Shown here piece by piece: positions 34,401-49,400 of a DNA stretch of 64,000 nt. The notes beneath the pieces were generated by a model, which was not told the origin of the DNA, did no database searches, and was given only the letters and a program-made list of their open reading frames with translations. Within the stretch, counting starts at the first letter, position 1, and each line of letters opens with the position of its first letter. Origin of the DNA: Tubiluchus corallicola (lineage: Eukaryota > Animalia > Priapulida). The translations under genes and the position numbers were made by a program. The stretch spans positions 806,001 to 870,000 of the forward strand of contig JAQGDQ010000046.1 of assembly GCA_030141605.1 (NCBI GenBank), in the 5' to 3' direction.

Positions 34401-37400
34401 CGAACTAGTTGCCCTATTTTCCTGTCAAAATGTACCAGTCATGGATATTAGCAAATGTCTCAGCAGCAATATTTTTGCCTTATCTGGCTTTCTGAGATTA
34501 CGTCAATTCACCCAGATGACACGGTCACGTTTTATGCCTCAGTTTTTATTGTATGCATAGAGTACAAGCGCTATGTAAGTCCTTACAGTAATGACCCTTC
34601 CGTTAATAAATATAATTCTTACAATAGCATTAATCTAATAATAGCAGATAAACCTATAGGAGGGCAGGAGAGTAGATAACCCTATGGTCCCTCCCTGTCC
34701 TGCTCCATGATTACAATTACTTAATATTTAGGAAACTTTTGGTGTAAAACTATACTGTTGAAAATAAATGTTCTATGTGACTATGTCTATGTCTATAAGA
34801 ATCAAAGTCTTCAGGATAGGAATACAGAAAACCAAAAGTAAAAAAAGGCTGGCCAGTGACAACAATGAACAGGAAAAAGATTCGCCAAAGAAGTATTTGC
34901 AGCCAAACCAGAGTTGCGGTTGTGACAGCGAAAAAGCTAGTGAAATGGATGTATACGTGAAAAAGAGAAGTTAGGGTTCAAAGAATTTTTAAGAAAATCT
35001 GAGGGAAAATCTATATGAGAATAATTGAAACTGCAGAAAATCCAAGACTTACAATGGGATCATAAATGCAATTTCAAATGATAGTGCAAGTATTAGCTTA
35101 ACATACAGGTACCGTTATACTTGTTACCGTTATAATATTATACAAGAAAAATTCTGTTTTGGGGGTATGGTGGGGACCGTGAGGGAAGAGGCTGACCATT
35201 GATGAGAGGCGTTAAAAGTACTTTTGCCTAGGACGTCAAACTACCTAGAGCCGGCCCTGGTTCTGCTATATTCCTGGGAAGTTTTCATGATCATGCATTG
35301 CAAATTCACGGAGCCTTAAGACAGGGTAGATCAATTTGAAAACTGTGGCTAATTAGAAGAAAAGAAACAAACGAGATTTAACATACAGAAAAGTAATTAT
35401 ATGAGAACCAAAGTGACAAAGGTGAAAACAGTATTACCACATTTACAGATAAGCTTAGAGAATGGAGATGTAAAAGAGGTGAAGCAATGCAAATATCTAG
35501 GAAATCGGATAAACTGACAAAATGAAATGTCAATTGCAAAAAGATAAAAGAAAAGTAAATTTGTAATATCATGCATAAACAATTTAGATACAGAAAAAAA
35601 TGAGGGCATTTACTCAGGAGCAATAATCCAAGGAAAAACATTAAGTATGTTTAATTTAATAAGCACAACCCCTTACTGGCACTTAATAAGTGAAACTGAA
35701 TTACAGCTAACAGCCTAAAAACCAGATTATATGAAAATTAAGTTTTATCAAAACTTTGTCATCCCTGACGATAATTGATTAGCACATAAGGTAGTACAAC
35801 ACCAATTCAGAAATGATGTGGAACGATCATGGGTTAATGATTTACAATTGATAGCCAGAAAATATGAAGTAGAAGTAACAACAGAAAATGTAATAACTAA
35901 GAAAAATCAGAATGGAAAGCATTAAAAAGAGTATTATGAGCTGTATAAACTCAAAATGTCAGCTCAGGGTAACAGATAGTACGAAACTAAGATTTTTGTA
36001 AGATACAGAATCGAAATGTAAAACCTATATTCAGCCAGGTAGCCAGAAAACAATAACAGATCTATTGCACATAAGATTGAACATGATAAAAACAGATGTA
36101 ATTATATGAACAAGTACAAAGATAATATACTATATCCAGTTTGCAAAAGAGAAAATGGCACATCTGAACACCAGTTTGAATGTCAGGAAAACAAACGAGG
36201 AATGCCCAATGAGAGAATAGTGCCAGATGATAGCAACAATATACATACGGTGCCAAAAATATAGTGAAATTTGATCTCGCAAACTAAGAGTTTGCCATCT
36301 GTTTATTAAGTGGATCTAGTGAAATCACAGGAATCACAGGGTTTCATGGGGCCTCGACATTTTTGCGACGATCACCAATTCAAGAAGGCAGCAATAACAT
36401 CATTTTCGAAAAATGACTTTGGCAATTTGCAACGGATAGTCACGAAAACATCTGAAATCTTGAATTCAAAATGGCAGCAACAACATGATTTTCAAAAAAG
36501 CCTTAGGTTCTCATCAATTTGCAGTAGATCGTCATGAATATGCTGATACAAATTCGGCTGCAACTGACAAAGTCTAATTTTCAATTCGGCAGTAATATTA
36601 GTTTCGTAAAAAGCCTCATTAACTTGATTGTGTTTGTATATCTTCCACAGCTAAACTAGACGCGCTGCCGTAGTATTTTCCCACATATAATGCAGAAGAA
36701 TGACAATAAAATTATGTTGCTGTGTCCCATGATGACTTTCAAGAATGTTCTAGGTTAACAGTCAAGATTTTACTATACTCCACTAAACCTTCTTGGACAG
36801 CAGTATTAACTATTGGAAGGAATCATCATCCATCTCTAATAATGACCTTGCCTTCCTGAAGGACTTTGTGTCATTTGAATGGCTCCCGGAAGATTGAAGT
36901 GAACATTGTCAAAGGGTGTCAGAAAGAATGAATTTCAAGCAAGACTAATACAACATGACTGTGGATGCTGATTGATCACCGGACATTTTATTTCCCCTAA
37001 TCCACTCTTACCTGATCCCAGCCAAACTAACACAGACAAGAACTACACACGTCTAACTATCTATTTACTCGAATCGAGTTCAATTAAAGCAGTTCTATTA
37101 AAATGTAACTTAAAAGGTAATCTACTAAAGTGTTACTCCCACTTTTTGATATTTGGCAGGGCAAAAGTCTGTTACCTATTGAAAGCCGAATGTAACAGAA
37201 CAGATGGCAAGAAAAATGATTCTAGTCTCCAAATGTGCAAAAAGAAAATAAGATGGCTGGTTTACTAATTAACCAGGGTACAGCATCATTTTTAATTGTA
37301 ACTAGTCGGCATAGCTTGTACGTAGGTGGCTTCGACTGTCATCACCTTGTAGTTCCGCGACCACGAGCTGTGTTATTAAACGTTTATAAATATATTCATT

Positions 37401-40385
37401 CATGTAACTCACAAATGATCTCAGTTGTTCGATTTCGCCAGTTTTGAACGTCATCAGATAGAAACGAAACGCATTTGATATGCAGAATTCGCTGAGACAT
37501 TTGTCAAGCGCACAGTTCTCAAACTTCTAGTTCTACGTATTGATTTAAAGGGTTTCACAAGTAAGTGGCTTCTTGTGGTCTACACGGCTGAGTGACCAGC
37601 AGTATAGAGAGAAGCATAGCAGCATCATAAAAAGTGAAATGAAAAGCCAACTGACAAGTCCGAAGATAGATGATCTAAATTTTAGTTAATCTACGGAATG
37701 ACAAAATTTGTTGGCTTGTACTGCTAGAACAAGTGGGAGACACAGAACTATAAATGTAAGACCAACAATCCAATCAAGGAATTTAAAAGAACGAAACTAG
37801 TAAAAGATTTTTCCAGAGAAGAAATTGCATGCAAAAACGTTAAAAAAGACGAGAAAGAGAGAGGGGGAGGAGAAACGGTCATTCAGCAAATTCTGATTCA
37901 GCAACTGTAAGCCTGCAAACTATTCTGATGTAGTTTGTTGTTCAAATTGAATAAAATACTTCCCACTCACAAATTCTGTTAACAGAAAACCGCGTGAATT
38001 CTCTAGAGGCATCCCAGTCAATACAAGATTGTTCGAAATTGAATTTATGGCAGAACGACGTTATCAACTTGCGGGGACATTTCTTCACCGTTAAATAAAA
38101 ATAAGAATCAGTGACTCTTAATTTTTAAAAAAGCAGTCAGTTGTTCATGCTTACCCATATTTCTTGTTTTCTCTCGCTGTTGCTGAATATCAGATGGGAG
38201 GTTGTGATGTAAAGATTCCCCACATTGGGTCGACGGGTTTGAAGCTTGTCTACTAGTTTCACATTTTCAACCTGTTAATCACAAAAATATACAAAATATA
38301 TAGAATGTTCATCAAGTGTAGCCATAGTTAACTTAAAATGAACTTAACTGTTCTTATTATTTCCTATATAGCATAAATAGAAATCCTGCGACGTACAAGG
38401 TCAATTTTACGAGAACAAGTACTTAATATAGGATTATTTGGCTCATATAGGGGCCATCTTGTCAAAAAATTTGTTCAGCTTTACAGCACAACACAGCTTC
38501 ATGAAATAAACGTAAAACATTAACATTAAACAGTTTTATATTATTAACAACACCAAATCATTTGACTTGAAAAGTAACATTACTCGTAAGAACAACTTCA
38601 ATGTAACCGACGCTTCATCATTGTTTAGCTGGAAATCTACTTAGAAGTGCGTAGCACTATAACGATGATATTTACATTGTTTGAAGTGTGTACATGAACA
38701 TAGACCTAATTGAGCATAATGAACATGGGCATTATTTTTATTCACCACGAAAACTCGTGTGGCAAAATCTCTGCGGAACAATAAACTGATAATCGTGGTG
38801 TAGAGTGCAGACTCGTTATTATGAGTGCTGCATGATGATGATGAATGAACACTGTGTGACGTTTTTAAGCTGCAGAATGATTGACGATGCGCTCGCATCA
38901 CTAGATAGACAGGCAAAGAAACAGCTAACGATGATGAAGTGTTAACTAGATTTAGATTAAAATAAATGACCTACAAGATTATTCCACCTGGCAAAACAGC
39001 TAATGTTAAATCAGCCAATTTTAATAGGTTGTGCGAAATAAAACATGGAAAAGTATCTAAAGAGTACCGAAATCGCTCGAAGTCCATCTTTATGAAATCG
39101 TGGGGTTAAGAATCGATACTAAGTGTTTGAACTGTTACGTATGCTATACAATAAACATACAGGCGAGGAAATAGCACAAAGTTCAGGCAACACTGAGCCT
39201 GATCAATATATGGATAGGTTGCTGTCATGCAGGAATTCTGTGCAGTTAAATGCTGCCATGCTGCTCCCAAATGTTTACGCCAACGAGGAATGATCTTTAT
39301 GTCATTTTAGAGCAATATCCTGGTAATGAGTAGATTATGGTCCCACACAACCATCTTTATCGTTGCGCTGGATCCTAGCTTGCAAAAGACTAAACTGTGT
39401 ACTTTCGTATATATAGTGTAGTATATGTATCGTATATATAGTGTAGTATATGTATGTATATATTAGACAAAAAAGTCTAATACAGTCGTGTGTTTAACCT
39501 GGATAGATAAAATGGATGTATAAAAAAAAAGTACTCAACATTTACAAGCCCATTGATTGAACAACATTTATTAAAATACCATCAATCTGGAAAACATTGT
39601 TAATATGTGATAATTACCAAAAAGTACCTGGATTATTAGCTGCCCGGAATAACCATTGTTCTAAGTCCAACAACACTTGAGTGCCGTGCATCAAATAACC
39701 ACCCTGCATTTAGTTTTATCCAGACAGATTATTTTAAGAAATCTTATTCAAATCAATGGGCTTGTAAATGCTGGGCACTTCTTTTCTATAGATGCACTTT
39801 ACATCTGCACTTTTCATGCATACTCTCTAGTGGGACTTTGCCCTAAGCCACTTTCAAATAACATACAGCAGCTACTAAGTCTAATAGGTAAAAGGCAATT
39901 GCAATTTATATTCACAAAGGAAAATGAGAATGAGTTAAAATAGTTTTTTAAATCAAGTCATGAATTAAAAAACCTTTCCAGAGTGTTTTCTATTGACGGA
40001 CATGTCACACAAAACATCTTTCATATAAGTGGAAACTTTGTATAAGACACACAAGTGAAAGTTTTAATGTAACCTCAAGTTTGCCTGCGTTACTAACATT
40101 AATTTTTATTACTAATTTTATTTGTTAGGTTACTGTTACATATTAAAATCACTGTAGGGTCAGGTCACATTATTTGATGATAAAATAAAGAGAGACCTGG
40201 GGGAAAGGGAGAAGAAAGAGATGATGGAGTCTCAAAAGAGAGGGAAAACATGTACATTATTTTACGGTTCCTACTAGCATCCTTGCTATTGTTCATACTA
40301 CGTCATTGAACTCATACAAAATACATTTTAAACCAGTTAGTGATATAAGATTAGTTATTTTATCTATCAGCAAATGTATAGGTAT

Positions 40386-40447
<62 letters not shown>

Positions 40448-43400
40448 CCTAAACACAAGAGGTTTCCTGAGCAATAAATTTCAGGCCATTACTTTGTTCT
40501 TCAAGACAGTAGCAAGAAATGAACATCAATGTGCCATCATACGATGATAAACTTTTTTAGACCATCCATACCTATTTTCTGCTGAGCCGATTAGAAAAAC
40601 AATTAGAACATCAATAAGTCACCTGATTGAGACGCTCAGTAATGATGAAAACTTATATTTTTTTATGTAAAAGCATAAATCTATGTACACATTCTACAGA
40701 AATAAATTCTGAAGTACCGCCAGAGATAGAATTTCTCAATCACAAAAACAACTTTGAAGAGAAGTCTGAAGTAACAGGTGAAACTTACATACAGAGAGGA
40801 GATATAAAGAAATGGACCCCAAGAAACAATATAAAAATTTTCATACACATCAGCACAAAATGCAGCAGACATTTTTAATCAATTAGCAAGACGGTAATTG
40901 CTACAGAAGAGAAACTATAGTTAATAAATAACATGAAACTCTAGGGATTCCTAGCGAACAATAAATCACCGATGACATTAATTTGCGCCAACATCAAATT
41001 ATAGCTACTAGTCACACGATTTTACAACATCTTTATTTCTACGCAAAGCTTTGGGCAAACAAAATCAACTGGGAAGCGAGAAAATTCAGTCTCTTACTAA
41101 TTAGTCTGCTCACGTCATACATAGCTGGGCAAATATCGTCAACGATTTTCGTCAAAATCTCCCCCAGTGTAACTTGTTAAAGGTTTCTGGAAACATACAA
41201 CTTCAATTCATCGAACGCATCGAAGATAAAACGTGATTCACACGTTGCAAGACAATGATGTTCTAGCAGCATCAATCTGGTAACGTATAACATAACACTT
41301 TCCTATATATGAAATATCTTTTATGAGTGCAGTTTCACAGCAAAGACAGCAATCTGCCTGTAATTATTTGTGAACTGCATTACATTTAATTAATCGGGCA
41401 CAAAGTAAGGAGTGGAATTAATGTACGTATCCCTAATGCACATTAAGCAAAAGTGCTTCAGAGTTCAGATAATATATAATATAGTGCAAGATTAAGACGA
41501 ATATACATGTTCAAGTGGTAAATATTATCGTCTTGCAATTACAGCAAGACACTCATCAAAAATCTAATACAGTTCCATGTTATTAGTATTTAGAGAGCAT
41601 TGTCCATTCGTTAACTTTGCAGTGTTTTGTGTTTATTTCCTGAATCTAAAAGTGAATCAACAAACTCCGACTGTAATATATTATGCACTCTGCCAGCAGG
41701 TCTGCTATTTAAACTGACAGACATCAAAGTGAGAAAACAGTTGGCCCTAGACACAGATTTTTGATTGGCGCTACTTGCGGTATAATATTTTCTGCCGAGA
41801 TCACAATAAATATTTTTTATCAACCCAAATTTGCACTAGGCTAACTAAACAAGTTCCCACCGGCTTGCATGTACAACAAGCATCGATATATATTGCATGG
41901 TGCGTATAGGTGACAGAATTTCAAAAATTTGATTCTAATCTTCAACGCAGTAAGGTCACATGCCACATAAGGTAAAAGAGTGTTAATCAATCTGTAAGAC
42001 AAAGCTACATAAAAGGGTTTACATGGTAAAACAGGAAGGAGCTGAGTAGCCAAATTATGGGCACTTTAGTAGCAGGCAGCAGTTAATGGTCTCAAGTTCC
42101 AGGCCAAGTGTCAATTACAAATTTAAAACTATAAAATGTTGCTCTTAACTTGAGTGTATTTTAAATAGATGGCTGATTTTAGTATAGCAGGGATAACCCC
42201 ATTTCATAAGACTGTTTATCTCACTCAGCTTTGGGTAAGCAGAATCAAACAGAAAATTAAATTTCAATCTCTCACTAATTAGTGTACTTACTTTCTTGAG
42301 TATATATCGCTAATAGTTTTACTTAATATCTTTAACTGTGGTTTGTTATATTCTTTTAGAAAGATCCACCACTATTCAAGTTACCCACTGTGTATCAGTT
42401 ATATTCACGCATTCGAGGTAGTGTGCTTGTATGCAGCCAGAAAGTACAACATTCACGAGGCTTATGTCAGTTTCTCCACTAAACACACACTAATATCACT
42501 AATATGTATTCCAACACCATTTTAACAAATTGACATGCAACAAGAGTATGAAACATATATCTTGTTAACGTTCATTCCATTAGTCCTGAAACTGAATCAA
42601 TATTGCATTACTTGTCTAGCTCTGTGGGACCCTGAGAAAATGTATAATGTAACAAGCTGCTGACATGTATAAATATTGTTATTGGACAATAAAAATATTG
42701 TTAATTTGAAACATTCTAAGACTGTTAAATTAGTAGACTGGTTAACATCTGTTGTTTATGTTTGTAAGACTTGGGATTTTGCTAAGTTTGTAACTGTTTG
42801 TGAATCAATGAAATCAGTCAGCTGATAACAGTATTAATAACTAGTGGTTTTAAGACAAGCGGAGCAGTGACCACTATCAATAATTGATTTACGACAGCAA
42901 GATAAGCTAGAGCAGCTAGATACTGTTCACTGTTGCTAACACCTCAAGGCCATGATTGTGCTTCAAAATTTCAGACTTTACAAATGCTGGCCTGAAAACA
43001 TATTATGGAAAATTATGCGAGCTCATAAAAAAGCTGTAAGAAATCATGTTTTTAAACATCATCTAGGATTGCGAAACCAAAGGCATTGTATATTATTTTA
43101 AAATTATGATATTAATATAAATTACATTGTTAGCACACTGCAAGCAAAGCTCATGATTTGAATAGCCACATTATTAACTTACTCATTGTTAAAGCTGCTT
43201 ATTCTAATGTGGCTTCAGCTGTTAAGCTGCTCATTGTAATGTGGCTTCAGCTTTTACGAAGGTGTGCCATTTGACTGCATACAGATACAATTCACCGAGT
43301 AAACTGTACCTATTATTCTATATTATATTTAGTTTGCCCCCTAACATGTGCTGCAATTTATGTTATATGTAAGTCACCACAGACTGTTTCCTCAGAAAAT

Positions 43401-46400
43401 TCACAAAACTGCTGTTGCAATGCCATATCCGCATAAACATACTTAGAGACAGCCTTTATATTGTGGTCTTGAGTTCAACAATGAGGAACTCTTGTTACAT
43501 ATGTATTTAGTATTCTACATTGTATTTAGTTTGCCTATTAACATGTGCTGGAATTTACATTCATGTAAGTGACCATTGACTGCTTCCTCAGAAAAATCAT
43601 AAAACTGCGGTTTCAGTGCCATATCCACATAAACATACTTAAAGGCAGCCTTTATATTGTGGCCCTGAGTTCAACAACGAGGAACTCTTGTTACATATGT
43701 CTAGTGAAAACAGGAAGGCAAAATATCCCTATCTGAGCTCTTTGTTAAGAATGGCATAGTAATAAACTTTATTTATCAGTTAAATTAGCTTCAATAAAAA
43801 AACTTCTGATAAGTTGTTCAAGTTCTGGTTAAGTTTTGCTTAATTTATATGATGAAATATTCCCTCATTATTCTTTCTCACAACATCACTTCCTTAGTAT
43901 ATTGTCAGTTTTATTAGCCTTCATAGATAGCCTTGCAATTTAATATAAGTCACTTCGGTTCTTGTTTTTTGCTCACCCTTAAGTCACAAGTACTGTTTCG
44001 GTAACATAAAACAAGCAATTAATAAAGAAATGTCATTATAAAAAAGAACTGTGGGATATTTTACTTATTTTTTCTATTTTTGTTATCTCATTAATATAAT
44101 ATAAGAATTATTTCTGTGTTATACCACAGGCAGCTTTACAATTCTGCCTGCATTTGTTTAACACTCTACAAAATAGTTTATCCAAATTTTCTTTTATATA
44201 TATGCAGCCTATTTTTAGAATGTGTAATTAAGCTAGATAACTGGAGTTTTTATTGCCATGAAATTTTCTTTTACTCACCAGCAAACTATTTTCTAGAGTG
44301 CGTAATTCTGTACTGGATAACTTATTATTGTTCTTGTTGCATACATTAATGATATTTTGCGCTTCTTGCCTGTGCTGTAAATTCCTGTTAGGTGCTTAAG
44401 TGGTGATTGTGTTACAATTTGTAAAATAACAAAAGGTACATAGTGGTTATCTGTGCTATTTATTTTTTCCTTTCACATGAAGATAATATACCGCAGCATA
44501 GTAAAGCAACAAGTCTTCATTTCTTTGGTATGATTTTTTATATCCAACTAATTGTTCCAACTCTGGTTATTAAGAATTAATGCCATGCCTATGTTCATGT
44601 TTATAATAATAATGAGAAACTAAATCAATTTAGGGCATCTCAGCATTCATAAATTATCCAGTTTAATAATTAATGCCAGAAGGTAGTGCAAATCCTCAAG
44701 CTACTAATTAAGACTTATTGCTGTAGATGACTACATAATCAGAATTAGCAATTACCAAAGGTGAAAAATAACATGGAGGCGAGGCAGTATCAAAATAAGA
44801 ACAAATGTCGGAAACATCTTTCCAATGGAACGGTTAATTTATATTATTCTACTTAAAGCTAGTTAAGAATTATCTGAATGCATATGGTAGTATAAGAGTG
44901 TAGGCAGGAAGTAGATCCTTGAGAAAACCTGTCTGGCACATGAAATGGCTGGAACAGGTTTTTTCCCCATGTTATAACAATTTCTAACATGTTTTAGAGA
45001 GTACTTATATAGTACGAAACTGTGCAGAGATAAATAGAGAAATTAGGAATTAGTACTAATGTTTATGACTGTAACTCATAATGATATTTAACACCCCTAT
45101 TATTGTATTTCAACATGGCGTCTAACATTGTACAATTGTTGTAATTAAGTAATTGCATCATGATGTTTTAGTCATTCGTTCTTTGCTTTTATTTATCTAT
45201 AGCTAGGAACTACAGTGAGAAAATACTAATTATATGCTTTTTGCGAACTTCTTTTAGATGCAAAAAAACCTTCAGTCTAATACCTTAAAAACTCCCACAC
45301 TTAAGAGCAAACAAAAATAACTAGAAATGTTTACAAATTCATGCCAAAGAGCACTGTGCCGTTACAAGTTCACCACAACAAATATGAAACAAACAGATTT
45401 TCAGATAAACCGACAAGTTTGTAGCTCCACTTAGTCGATTTAATTCAATTTACATTAGTGACTGCACTGCTAACAATGAATTACTCAAGTAATTTCCTTG
45501 ACTAATGTCTGGAGCCAGATTCAGTTTAATTTATTACCTAGAAAATTTTGGTTAAATCCCTCTGGGAACTACATGACTAATTTAAGGAAAGCTGGAAACA
45601 TGGTAACTAGATAAAACATCCACCATTTGTGTTAATTACAGGCTTACATGTATTATCGATAGAGATAATGAAAAGAACAAAGTGCATTAAGAATTAAAAG
45701 TGTGCAATACGGAGTATGCAACAAAATTGTATTACAGTATGTTCTGCACTGCACACCATATATACATTGTGCATATCACACAACAAATTATATAAAATTT
45801 CTCCCTAAACAGGCTACCTACTGAACATGCAGAACCATGTGTGAATATGAGTAATAATGATATTGTTGTAGTTCTTGATAACAGTGATTATTATGACGAC
45901 AATGACCTATGACAACGATCAAAGTGGAATTTTAAATGAATAAATTAGAATAACAGAATATATTACGGCAAGGATAAGGTATTATAGTGAAAAAAATCAT
46001 CAATGAATGTCGCAATGTATATATTCAGTACAGGCCAGCAGTGTGTCGACTCTCGTGAGGGCTACAAGACTGCAGGTTCCAACTAGCATTGATTTTGCTT
46101 TTCTCTATTATCAGATATGCTAATACCACACTGGCTACCGGGAAGGGCCTCTAAGCAAGTCTTCATGCGATTTGGAATATACAGTTGAAGCACCAAAAAA
46201 TTTAATACAAGAATAATGGAAACTCTGACGCAATCGCGGTATTAATCAGCAACAACCACCTAAAGTAAACTCCACAAATTACTGCAGTTTGAACAAGCCG
46301 AGCTACTCAGAGTGCAATAATCAAATTTTTTGTTATTGCGTTGAATCACTAAATTTAGGCTGCATATTTAATGCAAGTAATAGTTTCTTAAATTCTATTT

Positions 46401-49400
46401 ATATACAAATAAACTACTACCTCAACAGAAAACAAAGCACCATAATATACATCAATTGTGGCATGGAAACTCGATAACAGGGCTGCATGGCAATGGTCCA
46501 AGCTACGAATGCCAGCAGGGCCCCTAATAAACCTTAGAGCCAGGAGGCCTCTGGCTCTGAAGTTGCAGACCATTATTGTAATCCTGTTTTTATTTGTGAG
46601 GAATATGATTTCAAACACATCTGCACACATCTTGGAATTTTTGTTCAACAAAAGAGCTACCTATTAACTAAGAGTGAATATATATTACAGGTACGGTTCA
46701 TTACCACATCACCTCTATGGCACCTGTAGAGCACCAAGCAGACGGTTAAATTTGCAAATCACGTAAAAATGTCATTTGAATACATGATCAGTTAAATCGC
46801 CCACTCTCTAGTAAACGGTTTCACCAGAAAAATAAAACCATAACATGAAAATTGACTTTAGAATGGTCAAGTTTTATTTATGTTCACATAAACCAATAAA
46901 CAGTGCTGTAAAATTCAAAACCGTTATAAAATGACGTAGAGAATCACTGTTGACGGCAAGGTCAATTTGATAAAACCAATTTGACTCAACTACTTTGTAT
47001 ACATTCATTACCATGTCTTTCATTTTTTTAATTAGCGATGCCATGTGTATAACGTATACAGTGGCTATAACATAACTGTTGTGTATGACTGTATACACCA
47101 AGCATATTTTGTGAGCACAGTATGACAGTGGGTAGGTGAATAAATGATGGTCACAAATGGTTGACGTAGTTTTATGTAATTATATACAGTCCACTAATCC
47201 ATTCCAAAACATTTTCTCACTGTTCACCTAATACTATATTTTCAGTTTGTTATTTACCAGTCTCAAAGATAAAAATTAATGGAATACAGACAGATTAAGT
47301 GGACTATCTCAAACAAGTATCCACCACTCACCTTGTGTTGTAGATTCACAAAGTCATCGTACTGTCCCTCGGAGGTGGAAAACAGCTATGAAGAAAAAAA
47401 ATTACTAAGTACAAAAACTACAAATGGATGAAAGTGAAAGATAATTTACAGCAATGTGTTCCTTGGCTAAATATGAATGTCCCATTGTACTGGCATAATT
47501 GCACTGCACAGATATGAAGTTTTAGCCAAAAGAAAAGGACCAGCTAACGAAAACATTCTTTTTTGATTGGTCACTAATTATCACAGAAGAAAGTAATGTT
47601 GCCACAACATTATTAAAAATAATGTAGTAGTTTGTCTTTTGTACATTCTTACCTCATCAGATTAATGATTCATTAAGCCGTTTTAGCATTTATTGTGAAT
47701 GAAGCCTTATTGAATGCCTGCTTAGGCTTGGTAGAAAATAAGCCATTTGGCTAATTTGCAAAAGATAAACTGTAGCTTTTTTACGCAGCTAAAATGATTT
47801 TAGGATTGCACTAAATTTAGCCTAAAAAAGCTGAACCAAAACTTATGTAATCAGTTGCATACTTGCTTTGAGAACAAGTCATATTAGATTTAAGAAACGA
47901 TTCGTCAATACTTTGCTGGAACATTTGAATGCCTTCTTAAAGTAAAAACTGTTTTTGTACTGTTGTTGCGCTGCTAATATTATTGCTGTGAACTAGCTAC
48001 CAAATGATTAGTCTCACCACGCTGTTCAGAAAACCGAATAGAATTTTAAAAATCTGGGTAAAAACAAATTTGCCAAAGTGTGAATCGCCGGCAGTAATGT
48101 CATGCGCATGCACTAAGCTGCTATGGACATTTACGGAGTCCGTGTAAGTTTCATTGAAGAGATTAAGATCAATACGCCCTTATAACTAGTATGCGAATAT
48201 AGACCCAGTGTACAAACGGCCGGTTATTGAGCGTCTATTGACGAAGAATTTCATTTATAGTGCATTTGGATAATTGGACAAACCTTTTTATTTACGCCAA
48301 ATCTGTGCTTCTAAATAAGGCCACGTTGTTCATACATAAGATTAATATAAATGGTAGTAATGAGCAACCCGAGAAGGAAATTTCCTATTTATCCCGAACT
48401 TTCATACAGTTTGGCACTTTTTGCAACGCGGGATAATTGTGAGGGTGAGGACAATTGTGGTAGGACCAGAATCGAAGTCAGTTACCAATGACAACCTGCT
48501 AAGATGGGTTGTGAAGCCGACAAAGTTAACCGTATGCGTATACAATACTATACATCGCATCAACAACAGGGGCAAACTGGCAAATTAAATCACCTAGCAG
48601 GAGTTTTCCTGGTAGTCCCCCATTCATTTATAGACCAGGTTGGTCGTTGCTTAACTTCAGTTGTCAAGCATATATGGCGTGGTCACTCAGCAATATCCTG
48701 AGTTCTTTGCATCCTGAGGCAAAAAATGAAAAACTGCCTTAAGCCAAAAAGTTGTTTAAATAAACTAGAAATATAATTAAAGTAACTGCAATATGCAATG
48801 AATAAAGAATAATTACATTTCAATATTTACTTGACGAAGGGCATGCACATCAATATACACTGTAACTATACTACTAATTAACTAATTTAACTAATCTATA
48901 TGTAATAATAAGATTGCCTATTATCATTACAAAAAATATAAACAAAAAGTACCTTGTCCACGGCTGCACCTACACTGTCAGTTACAGCATTCAACAATGT
49001 CATCATTATCATTGACATACACAACAGCGATGACTATGACGAATCATCCGTACGAAGACAACATCTGGATATATATCTCCTGCCACAAAAATATTGCCAC
49101 GAAGATCTTGCCTCTGCTGAATAGCTGAATTTAATCACAAATTATTCACGAAGTTATCACACTGTTGAAAATTCAAACTGTTCAAATGGCATCCATATAC
49201 CTGCTGCATCATCACGATTTTTTAAGCTCAAAGCACAGTACACGTTTCGAAAGTTTGTTACTGCAACCTTTCTTTGTAAATATATCGAGGTTTAAGCTGT
49301 CAGTCAGCTGATAACTATAAGCCTGAATTAATGATTAACGATAGTGCTACAGGTTATAATTTTGTTAAATTTAAAAAAGCAGCCAAATCAGGTGCTTAGA

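Noticed and set aside
36620-37000. Minus-strand LINE endonuclease remnant (KVIMGHSN)
   Set aside because: Only one degenerate motif; too weak to list as a feature.
37411-37470. Minus-strand CTGATGA...GAAA hammerhead-like core
   Set aside because: Stem II closing pair is absent and stems I and III have only 2-3 pairs.
38970-39087. ATG at 39087 as the MTMR start
   Set aside because: The frame ends in TAG without a good donor; the conserved MDHIKTPK exon is at 63105-63082.
40627-40878. THAP-like ending KWTP...CSRHF in an 83-aa ORF
   Set aside because: No N-terminal CxxxC or FP motif and the spacing is off; likely chance.
43380-43700. In-frame TGT-TGA (Cys-Sec-like) in both duplicated units on the minus strand
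   Set aside because: No start, no selenoprotein similarity and no recognisable SECIS; shared simply because of the duplication.
43900-45150. Ancient minus-strand LINE RT (GFSQGS)
   Set aside because: Plausible, but other RT motifs could not be recovered.
39175-48690. Functional 5S rRNA genes
   Set aside because: Both heads are partial and heavily diverged, and both continue into a shared non-5S body.
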